A stretch of 61,994 nt of DNA, filler included, from Sphacelaria rigidula (lineage: Eukaryota): assembly GCA_964200075.2 (NCBI GenBank). It is 10 parts of 10 records of this genome, joined end to end, with 100 filler letters (N's around TTAATTAATTAA, not from the genome) between each part and the next. Parts side by side here need not be neighbours in the genome. Positions count along the whole stretch, not along the records: positions 31,050 to 37,158 come from CAXNAA020022163.1; positions 37,259 to 43,367 come from CAXNAA020022164.1; positions 43,468 to 49,576 come from CAXNAA020022165.1; 7 more parts are not named here. One strand, written 5' to 3'. Positions 33,568 to 43,563 of the stretch are shown in pieces. Every line of letters starts with the position of its first letter. The stretch's first letter is position 1. Both the position numbers and the translations under genes were made by a program. The notes beneath the pieces are model-generated. The model was not told the origin of the DNA. It saw only the letters and a list, made by a program, of their open reading frames with translations, and did not search any database.

Positions 33568-35587
33568 TGATTCGCCACCGGGAGGATATGAACAACATCC
33601 CGCCTTTTTGGTAGAAATATTGACCTCGTAATTGCATTGTCTAGCACGTCTTGTAGGACATACGATAGATCTAATGTGCGACACATGAGTCATAATTCTC
33701 CCATATCTCATGTATTTCCAAAGATTCTCCGCCCCTGTAGCTCAGAGCATAGACCGTAGTCTTGGTAAACAGATATGTAACGTTTACGGCGTCGTTGAGC
33801 AACACCACCCTCGCCACTTGCCCTCGCAATATCTCAACCACATCCGCAGGGGGTTGAGCGCAGGAGTAGGACAAGCACGGGAGAAGCTAAAACGTAGTAG
33901 CGCAAGTGAGCGCTACACGAAGAATCAGGAAGGTATATGGCTATGATAATGTAGCGTGCAATGGCCGTCGTACAGTAGGACTGAAGGGTGGATCGAGGTA
34001 AGACCTAGAAATATGTTCCAGTCATCGGAGATGATCCCCGAAGGATTCAACGGTGTAGACTCCTGACCGGGTGGCGAAAAATATGTTTGCTGGTGCCCAC
34101 ACAAACGTTCTCGAGCACGTTGGACGCCAACTCAGCGACACCGGTGGAAGATTCTCTTCAAGCTGAATAGCCATGGAAGGTCCATCATCATACACATAAA
34201 CGAGTACCCCACACGAGCGCGCATGCTAGGAGCATGATTTCGTATTTCCATCGTCATTCCATCGGCCCTTAAAAATTGCTTCGCAGTCGTTGCTTACAAT
34301 CATGGCGGGCTCCGACACGAGCGCTCCTCCGTACGGGGAGCTAGTACGGCGAAGGCAGGAGAAATCAACAAACGGTCCATGTCCTTGTCGTCAACATTCT
34401 TCGCAACCAAGCTGAATATGGCAGCAGCGGATGGGTCGCATCGTGCGTCGACCGTCAATTTAGCTGCCAACAGCAGCAACAAGCGCACAGGTGTTGCCCG
34501 CGTATGTGCTGCCCTCTCTCTTCCGTGGATCGGGAGGTGGGTACCCTCGGCTTTCAATGCGTTCCCGTCGTGTGCTGGTAGGTAGCTCCATTCACATCGG
34601 TTTCCACGCTGTGCAAAGAGACATCTCGCGAGATACATGAGCAGACGGTGGGTCTCTGTATCGCCTGTGGGTCATCGCACCCAACTTGATTCCGTCAAAA
34701 TCTCGGGAACACGGTGGACAGTTTTTCCTATCCACTTCGACAGCCCATATATATGAGCACACGGCTGAAACCACCATCTTCGCTTTTAATATCAACCTAG
34801 AGTCGGGGACTCTGTCTTACACGTAAGTAATTGAAGAATACTATTTTTGCGCGGATCGTGCTCGAGCGGAAGACTCGAACATTATCTTTTACGCAAAACA
34901 TGTGAGAAAAGTGCCGAAAACAACGCGAAAGTATCTCCGTCTGGGGGCTACGCTCTTTGCGAAAAAACTAGTCTCCGCGGTGGTGTCCACCGCTGGAATC
35001 GTGCCTTCAAAAACGTGTTCTTCGATATCTCACCAACAACCAACGAATCGCCTGAACAACGTGAAGAGGGAATGGAGCGCCCTCCACCTACGAGACAGAG
35101 GTAGTATACGGACAGCATGAGATGCACATGGCAGTACGTATGCTGACGTCATAAAGGAGACGGGGTACTAGCACCACTGCGCGGCATGGTGAACAAATCA
35201 GCCCACGTCGCAGATGCGCACGAAAAATTGCCACGACAAATTAACGCGACCCCGTACCCCGCCCGCGTCCGCCTGGTGCCGTTCTGCCAATAACCTAGGA
35301 GAAGCAACAGCCAGCAACGACACCATGGTATGCCAAAGAAAAACGAAAGACCTGGAGCTAGTGTGAAAAGAGTGGGAAATGACCCTGAAAAGCCCATTAC
35401 GATACCCACGGCAAGGGGCCGAGGAAGCCCCAGCGATTACGGTGAGCACGATAGGACAACATCTCTAAGGCGGCAGCGATGTTCAACTAGGGCAAAACTC
35501 GTCCATTATGGATGTTGAGGCTGAGCGTACAACCTTGAACAGTGAAACATTTGGGGGTCAGGAAAACCCGAACATGCTTCGTACATC

Positions 35588-36708
35588 TTGTCAGTCACCA
35601 AAGAGACCCTTCCGATATCGTCGGTGAACTCCAAGAGCTTGGTAAGTTTACGTTCAATTGTGCATCTGTCCCCCGCCAGAAAATTAGAAGAAACGTCGAA
35701 AACGTCCGGGTACTTGCTGGCTCAGGGCAACCAAGCGGGTCCGAGAAAAGAAAAGCAGTTGCGCTTGAAGCCACCTTTGCCCGAGGGTCGTTGGGAAGAC
35801 ATGATGGTGGCAATTCGACTAACATGTATACCTGTATCCATTGCCATGTTGTTATTGGACACTGTAGTCGTTGCCAGGCAATTCCTTGCTAACGCCGCCA
35901 GGAAGGAGTCGACAACGGCGATGCCTCCTGGGTACAAGCACCGGACTGCAACGATTGCCCCCAGTCCCTCTGAGGGTCTCTTCTATACGTCCTTGTCGGC
36001 AGCAAACCCTCGACGGGGGGGTACTTCAGGGGAGTTTTTCGATTTTGCGTCAACACCGCCTGATCAATCTGCTTCAAGCAGCAACAAAACCGGTGAGATG
36101 ATCGACTATCATTCATGGGTCAATCCTCAACGTCGTGAAGGCGGGGTCGGTGCAGAGGTTGCCAGCCGTGGGGCGGGGCTTCACTGGCTGAATCCGATGA
36201 GTCAAAGCGGGGGGCGCAGTAGCGGGGGGGATGAGGATGGGATTCACCGTCGCATGGGACCAGATTCACTGCTGGGTGCTCCGATAATCGACGTTACAAC
36301 ATCGGAGAGGTGGGTGTATCTAAAATCGAAGGGGTGTTACAACAACGTCACCACGAGGAAAACGCGCCATTCGACACGCTGATGATTGCGCGCCCATCGT
36401 TGTGTGAACGTACCTCGACTGAGATGTTCCCATATTTGTTCATCACGCCTGCAATGAACCTCCTAAACTGAGAGCGTTTTGGCGGCTGACGCGTACTTCG
36501 AGTCATATCGTGGCGTCCCACGAAATTTTCAACCGGGGTACCATGGACGAGAGCAGTGACGTCGGTACGTAGCCCTGCCGTCAACGCGACAGTCGTAAAG
36601 CCACGATACCGAAAACGCCCTCATGTCGCACGCAGGACACCAATGGGCGTGGCCACGTTCGACGATGAAGAAGAAGAGGCGAAGAAGAGAATGGAAACAC
36701 TTCTGCTG
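35588..36708 (+). CDS. Candidate exons of a low-complexity hypothetical protein
   Basis: 264-codon ORF at 35588-36382, with a donor-like AG|GTGGGT near 36310 and a later DDEEEEAKKRMETLLL|GTGAGA. Exon structure unresolved. Confidence 0.35.
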
Positions 36709-37258
36709 GTGAGAACACTCGCAAAGTGGGTGACATACTCAGTTGTTCGCACAAAAAATGAGATGTGAAACTTTCTACGATCCGCCCCCCCCCAAGACCA
36801 GGTGGTCCGTCTCGAAAAGGGATGCATGGTTGATGGCCATACGACTAAGGCAAGCAACAAATGACTACGCCCCCCCCCAAAGCCAGCCCAAAAGTGTCCC
36901 GAAAAAAATGGTCATACAATGCCTGATGTTTCGGTTCAGGCTGCATGAAGCGCCTGATATTGGCGACATTGGCGAGAACGAACGCAAGCGTGGGAAATCC
37001 AGCTACTCGTGGCACTCGGCTTTTTCCATTTCGACTTACGTCAAGATTTTGCCTCCCCTAAACCAGGCCTTTTTTTTTTTTTTTTTTTTTGGGGGGGGGT
37101 TTTTTTTTAAAGTTTTTGGTCTGGGGAAAGAAGTTTTCCCAAAATGAGAACGAGATTANNNNNNNNNNNNNNNNNNNNNNNNNNNNNNNNNNNNNNNNNN
37201 NNTTAATTAATTAANNNNNNNNNNNNNNNNNNNNNNNNNNNNNNNNNNNNNNNNNNNN

Positions 37259-37357
37259 AACATGTGAGGCGTGTACCGGGGGAGAGAAGGGTTGATTCCT
37301 TGAGACCACGGACTCATCCCGAGGAAGGGGAGGGGTTCAAAGTGCGAGGAAAAAAAC
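37259..37357 (+). mobile_element. SINE 3' end with A tail
   Basis: GCGTGTACCGGGGGAGAGA...TTGAGACCACGGACTCATCCCGAGGAAGGGGAGGGGTTCAAAGTGCG-A(n). Confidence 0.8.
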
Positions 37358-37555
37358 ATCCATGTGATCCCCAAGTAATCCGGAGCCGCGGTTGTCATAA
37401 TAACATGGACACACGTTGGTCGATTCATTGAGATCGATTGATTGTCGCACATTTGATGCCGGAGACAAACGAAGGAACATAAACACTCGCTAGAGGGATT
37501 CGAGAAATGATGAATGAGGGAGAAAACATCAAACAGAGTAAACTGGGAGGGAGGC

Positions 37556-37684
37556 ACAAGGCAAGGCAAGGCAAGGCAAGACCAGACCAGACCAGACCAG
37601 ACCAGACCATAACAGATGAGAGAAACAAAAGTCAGGATTAGAGGAAAAGGAAAGAAATGAAACGAAACGAAACGAAATGAAACA
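37556..37684. repeat. Pentamer microsatellites (GGCAA)n, (GACCA)n, (GAAAC)n
   Basis: Read directly. Confidence 0.95.
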
Positions 37685-37689
37685 AGGCG

Positions 37690-37909
37690 AGGGCATGTTG
37701 GGCACGGTATACCCGACACCCGGGTGTCTTCAAAAGTCGTACGCTAGGTACTCAAAAGGTTGGGCAGAGTATTGAGATCGTACCCAATTTACCCAATTTT
37801 CGGGTAAAGTATATTTGGCCGTACCCAATCCACCCGTACCTTGGGTGGAGTGAAAACCCGGGTGATTTATCCGGGTACTCAAGAGTACATACCCTACGCA
37901 ACACACCCT
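37690..37909. mobile_element. Possible old MITE within the GAAAC microsatellite
   Basis: Imperfect TIR AGGGCATGTTGGGCACGGTAT versus revcomp AGGGTGTGTTGCGTAGGGTAT; TACCC/GGGTA-rich interior. No TSD seen. Confidence 0.4.
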
Positions 37910-38498
37910 TGAAACGGAACGTAACGAAACGAGAGAGTAGAAACCAGGCATAGAGAACCGGATAGATGCTACGGTAGGGGCTTCACTTCTCTAGCGAAAA
38001 GGTTTCTCGGAGCTGCTCGGGGCCTTGGACGGGTAATTTTGTGAATCGACATTATTTTTACTCGAAAAATAATGAGGATGATGCCGATTCACGAGGAGGA
38101 CTTTGCGTGCGAATACCATTTTTCTGCGAGTCCGGTCCCCGGAGATACGGGTTGCACAGTAAGCTCCCATATATTTGTGCTCCTACAAGAAGGAGGAGAG
38201 CCCCAGAAACAAAAAGTGCAACTCTAACAGTTATGCCCGGGAATGAAGGCCTTACCGACCAAAAATCCGTTGTCACCAAAAAATAAAATGAACGCGGAGG
38301 GATATTGAAAACGTATTGAAGACGGCATAGACTGGTCGGACCGGTGCCGAACCTCTGCCGAACAGAACACACGCTCCATCCCAAGTTATCTAGGTCCAGT
38401 ATGCGATCGCTGTAATTGTTTGATCGCATTTTACTCGAGACAGGAAGCAAACCGACCTGTGGTACTTCACAGTGCCTCGCACACACACTAGGTCTCTT

Positions 38499-38645
38499 CA
38501 GTGTGGCGGCGGATTTGCACAATTCGCCGCAGCGGATCTGAAAAGCCCCAAACGTTGAAGAAAACGCGTTTTCAGTACATTTTGGCGGTTTGCAAAGTGC
38601 TGCGGCCTCCGCGGCACGCAGTTACGGAAATCCGCTGCAGCACTG
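38499..38645. mobile_element. Possible 147-bp hAT-like MITE
   Basis: CAGTGTGGCGGCGGATTT versus revcomp CAGTGCTGCAGCGGATTT (15/18). The 8-bp TSD is not preserved. Confidence 0.5.
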
Positions 38646-39427
38646 TATAGCTCTGGTGTGTGGGAAGCGCACGCATCAAACCGCAGTCCAATCCTCTGCT
38701 TCGTTGCCGAGAAATTTGCGTTGAAAGATGAGCACAACGACATACTGCAACAAGAGGGGCACAACAACACGAGCAACAGCTTTTATCCTTTTGCCGTTGT
38801 TACCGTGTGTACAGATGTACAGCAACGTCAGTCACAGGTTTGTTGTAGAATGTACTATAGCACTAGCACATTTGGTATGAGCGCTGTCGTCACTTCGATT
38901 GACGCGTGTACTTGTGATCGATAGTGACTGGCTCATTTAGGTTTCATTTCTTCTGCATTCATCTGACTGTGTAGTTGATCGGCCCATTTTCCCGGTATAT
39001 AGTGCCCCAAATCGGGCCCCATTCACGGGCGTAACAGTACCGCCGTAGAACCGGTTCCGAGAGGAGGAAGAACAGCAAAAAAAGAGAGACAAGCCCCTGC
39101 CGCATGGCTTCCGGCAAAGTGGCCGCCCAAAAAATGAGCAGCAGCGGAGGAAGGAGGGAGGGAGCATGGGGAAGATCGTGGCAGCAGCTTGCGGCTGAGC
39201 TATCTGGCAACCGCACTATTCGGGCATGACCGCTCACCCACGAACTGTGAAGGAGCGAGACCTTGTGTTTTGTGCTTGTGAAAGCGTCATCGAGTCATGC
39301 TACGGTAGGGGCAGCACATTCAGCCCCGGGTCTTTCTCATTCAGGGACTCCTAAAAAAATTACGTGCTGCGCAAGAATATGGATCAAGATATTCCCTTTT
39401 TCGAACTCATTCGGGATATTTCTAATA

Positions 39428-40005
39428 CCGCCGCGCCCCGGTGGTGTAATATTCCGATTGTCGCCATTAGGATGGGGAGAACGAGGGTTCGATTCCCGAT
39501 GCGGGTGATACTACGGTAGGGGTGCACAAATATTTTCTGTCGTTAGAACTGTTAGGAGCCCTTGATCTCACGCAAAACACCCCTTATGAAAATATGTACA
39601 AGTACGCCAGGATTACTTCTCCAATGTGCTGGGGATATCCAGAATGAATTTGCAAACGGGGATGCCCTGACCCATTTTCTTGTGCATCTATAATCCTTAG
39701 GAGCCCCTGGAGTAGACAAAACTTCGCGAAAAAAGTGTACCCCTACCGTAGCATTGCCCATGCGTTGGGTTTTTCCTTCGTAATATCTGATTTCCACCGT
39801 GAGAAGCGTTAGAACGCGAGTGAACGAAACTAGTAGTCGACTGAGTTTGTTTGACGTGAGTTGACGCGGTGCGGGAGTGCTGACCCAATCCGCGAGATCA
39901 AAAAGCAACGCGTGTACGGGGGGAGAGATGGGTAGATGGCTTGAGACCACTGACTCGTCCCGAGGAAGGAGAGGGGTTCAAGGTGCAACAAGAAAAAAAA
40001 AAAAA
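39428..40005 (+). mobile_element. Full-length tRNA-derived SINE (~320 bp net) interrupted by a MITE
   Basis: Head GCGCCCCGGTGGTGTAAT...GGTTCGATTCCCG, body as at 12121-12320, and a poly(A) tail at 39993-40005. Confidence 0.88.
39503..39759. mobile_element. Sola2-like MITE, 257 bp, inserted in the SINE
   Basis: TIR GGGTGATACTACGGTAGGGG / CCCCTACCGTAGCATTGCCC, TSD ATGC. The empty site CCCG-ATGC-GTT is present in the SINE copy at 12187-12197. Confidence 0.92.
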
Positions 40006-40048
40006 CTGGAATGCTTATCGTGGCGCGTCTCACATATTCAATAAATAA

Positions 40049-40343
40049 AACAACGTTTTGGTGCGATTGAGAGTAGAGGATACGATTGAAGGTGAAGAAC
40101 GGTCAATTAGTGACTGAGTCGTTTCAGTTCCAAAATGACCCTCCACGAGGCCCGATATACTTGCTGTTATAGCTTGCCACTGAGGCCCTTGGTATCCCTG
40201 TGTAGGACATCGACTTGTAGCTGTAAGCACACGCTAGTGATGGAGGCAAAGAAGAGCACACCCGGAATGGAAAAATGGCTAGGTTGAAGCGACGACGCCA
40301 CTCTCAATCAGCGCTCTACTCCTCATCGAACGAAAACGTTGTT
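40049..40343. mobile_element. ~295-bp TIR element inside the outer MITE
   Basis: AACAACGTTTTGGTGCGATTGAGAGTAGAG versus revcomp AACAACGTTTTCGTTCGATGAGGAGTAGAG, flanked by ATAA on both sides. Confidence 0.75.
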
Positions 40344-40449
40344 ATAAGTCGTATTTTGGATGAGATAGAGGGCTCCTAACAACAATTTGAACCTCAGAAA
40401 ATAAGCGTGCACCCCTGCCATAGCATCACTCCATCCGAAGTTTTGCCCT

Positions 40450-40860
40450 GTGTTTTTTGTTTTTATTTATCTTTTCGTGTTGCCACAGTTTTTACTCTTC
40501 ACTGCCCCCTGTCCTCGCGACGAGCCCGTACTGTCGAGGGAACAACGCGTCTTTCCCCCCAGTACATGCCTGGCATGTTGATATATTTATTCAGTCATTT
40601 TATTTGTTTCATTTGTTCTAATTGTTTTATTCGTATTCTTCCTTCTCTTCGTTTTTATTTTATTTTATTTATGTTTGTTTTTATTTATTTATTTTTATTT
40701 TATTTATTTATTTTTATTTCATTTATTTTTAGTGATTTTAGTTTTTTGTCGCACTTTGAACCCCTCCCCTCCCTCGAGACGAGTCCGTGGTCTCAAGGGA
40801 TCAACCTATCTCTCCTCGGTATAGCGAATTTGGTAAGCACTTCCGCGCTTCGCTTCGACT
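40450..40860 (-). mobile_element. Two tandem SINE 3' fragments, one with a long (TAAA)n-type tail
   Basis: 40748-40820 is the reverse complement of the SINE 3' end; T-rich tail at 40585-40747; a more diverged fragment at 40450-40580. Confidence 0.7.
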
Positions 40861-41128
40861 TTCTCGCCACTTGAGTTTCCTTCGCTTCTCACGTCCTCAC
40901 GTCGCGTTTGACCGTTTGAGCGCCCGTGTGTGGCCTGCTGCGGCTCCCGAAAGTCCCGTGGAGGGTGACGATATTTTGTAGACGAGGAAGACCCTGGCAA
41001 GGCGGGCGCTCGGGCTGTGAAACGATTTCGCGTTTTTATTTACAATCAAAATGATCGCAGTGACAAGCTTCATACACCTCTACCGTCGATTGAAAGACTG
41101 GCGGGATTTAAAATCGAAGTAGGCCCGT

Positions 41129-41630
41129 GGGTGTACTCGTGATCCTGCATGTCGTAGTCATACGATCGTTGACATCGCCTCCCTACGAAGTCGGGACGGA
41201 GCACGCCGGGCTTTCACCCGACCAGGCTTGCAATCGATCGCCGAGCGTGAAGCGCCGTGATGCGTTCGGCGAGTAGCATGGAGGATCAGTCGCGATCCTG
41301 CTAAGATTGTCCGGTCCGAAGCGTACTATCTTGCATGTGGACGGCAGTCTACGATGAGCTGCTTTATTTTCTGGTGTCGCCACTTCCAGAGACAGCCACG
41401 GTTTACACACTGCCTCATGGGTCTATCACCTTTTGAACATAGCGTACAACAATAATCCCCATTTTGCGGAGCTCGGGTTCCTCACCTCCCGCACAATATA
41501 AACTAGCTCCACCATCGTGGTTACCACAGAAAACACGCAAGCGTAGTAAAACCCCGGTAACCTGATTGCTTAGCTTACGCAGTGAGTGGCGTGTTCCACA
41601 GCGTCTTTGCCAACCGACGCCAACCCCATG
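41129..41630 (-). repeat. ~500-bp dispersed element (full copy); other copies at 47263-47777, 45953-46086 (deleted), 12421-12575
   Basis: End-to-end similarity with 47263-47777: GGGTGTACTC...CCAA.CGACGCCA.CCCCAT. Confidence 0.9.
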
Positions 41631-41849
41631 GAGCGGGGGGGGGGGGGGGGGGGGGGAGCTGCAACAGGTTCTACAACGTAAATTAGATACTCCTCTCAGC
41701 GAGAACAGGATGTCAATGTATCTGTCAAGAATAGAAGCCCTCACTCCGCCCAAGTCAATTTTGAGTACTATTTTAAGGCAGACCACTAGACCCCGGCGGC
41801 TGTCTCTTGTATGTCGTATGTTGTATGTTGTACACATCTTGGACAAAAG

Positions 41850-42215
41850 ATAGCGTTGTCAACAATGTACTGCGTACAGTATGAAATCTATTGTCTACTG
41901 CAGCAGACGCAATAGTCGGTACTGTACGCAACACACGTGATGACAAATGTAATCTAGTTTGTCTATTGCAATAGGCGCGATAGCTGATGCTGTACGCATT
42001 ATACATGTTGAGGTAATCTGTTGTCTATTGCAATAGACGCAATAGTTGACACTGTATGCAGTACACTTGTTTACAGTGTATTCTTGTTCTATGGCACTAG
42101 ATGCAATAGTCGACACTATAGGCAGTACACTTGTTGACAGTGTGTTCTATTTCTATTGGACTAGACGCAACAGTCGATACTGTAGGCAGTACACTTGTTG
42201 ACAATGTTATCTATC
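41850..42215. repeat. ~60-bp degenerate tandem array (~6 units)
   Basis: TCTATTGCAATAGACGCAATAGTCGACACTGTAGGCAGTACACTTGTTGACA recurs. Confidence 0.9.
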
Positions 42216-42298
42216 GTCATGGTCCAGAGTTTGATATCGTTCACGTAAAATTCAACGACGTGTATAATGTTTCGTCATGTGTGTGCTATGCCGGACAG

Positions 42299-42432
42299 GG
42301 GTGGAGACTCCGAAAGACCTGCAGGATGATGACGAATGGGAGCGGATGGTACAAGAAGAGCACAGCAGAGTCATGCGAAAGGCTAAGCACGAAAAGATAC
42401 AAAGGGAGCGCCAGGAGTTGATAGACATTGGC
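42299..42432 (+). CDS. Candidate exon, charged helical peptide
   Basis: GACAG|...GGC|GTAGGT; VETPKDLQDDDEWERMVQEEHSRVMRKAKHEKIQRERQELIDIG. Confidence 0.4.
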
Positions 42433-43563
42433 GTAGGTGCGCTGGTTTACTGCAACGGGCTGTGCTGTGCTGTATGATGCTGTATTTGGTGCAGTTGCTG
42501 TCTTTTTCGCATGATACTGTTGTTGTGTGTGTGTTTTCTTTTGCTTTTGTATTTCTTCAGCGGCGTTTGGTTTGTTCCATGATCTACTTTTTTTGACGGA
42601 TTTCCCCCTGCACGGTGCTTTTCTTTCGCGTGAACGGCTTGCGACGCGGTTTTGGTCATGCTCTGCTGTTCGTACCATGTGAGAGAGTCAGGTTGTCACG
42701 CTCCATCCTACAGTCGGCACACGACTGTGCACTGTTGTCGTGCGATTCGATGACAAGACAGTGTGCAGCAGGATCCAATCCTCAAGCCATGTGTTGCTCC
42801 ACTTTGCAGCACCTCGTTGCATTGTGTTCGCTTTTTGTTTTCGAGCATTTTTTGTCGGGAGCGTCTCGAGCGTTGATTTTTTCGACACTGGCCAGGCCTG
42901 ACCGGAAATGTTCCCACCCTGTGCCCTCATATGCGTTCAACGGCACGGTAACACACATCCTCTCGTAATTAAATTCGTCTGCTGTCACAAACGTTTCACA
43001 CACATGACAAAAGAGAAACATGTTCGTAGTCACTACGCACTTGCAGCAGCAGCACATTGGATCTGAAACATACAGAATATTCATTGTGTTTCGGTACACA
43101 ATGAAGTGGTTGTATACCAATACGTATATATCCATGTACGGCTGATCTGTTCTGCCACGTACATATTTTACTTTGCCGAACACATCACGGCGCTCTGCGC
43201 TTGGTGATTGATTGCGAGCCTGGTCCGGCGAAAACCCGGCGTGCTCCGTCCCGCCCTTGTAGGGATGCGAGGTCAACGGTCTTGTGACTGCGGCACGCAT
43301 TTTCATGTGTCGACTCGTCTGCCGTCTTCTGCTTGAAAAAGAACAACGGGGGCGCGGCGCGCGCGCCNNNNNNNNNNNNNNNNNNNNNNNNNNNNNNNNN
43401 NNNNNNNNNNNTTAATTAATTAANNNNNNNNNNNNNNNNNNNNNNNNNNNNNNNNNNNNNNNNNNNNGTACTGTGGTGAGGTGGGAGGAGGGAGGGGGGA
43501 GGGGGGGGGGGGGGTGGAGTGGGTACATGCGGCTATCGTAAGATTAATACATTTATAACTTGC

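Larger units (their letters stand above)
39292..40431. mobile_element. Outer Sola2-like MITE split by nested insertions
   Basis: GAGTCATGCTACGGTAGGGG ... CCCCTGCCATAGCATCACTC with TSD CATC (39288-39291, 40432-40435). Its three fragments align to the reverse complement of 39503-39759. Confidence 0.85.
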
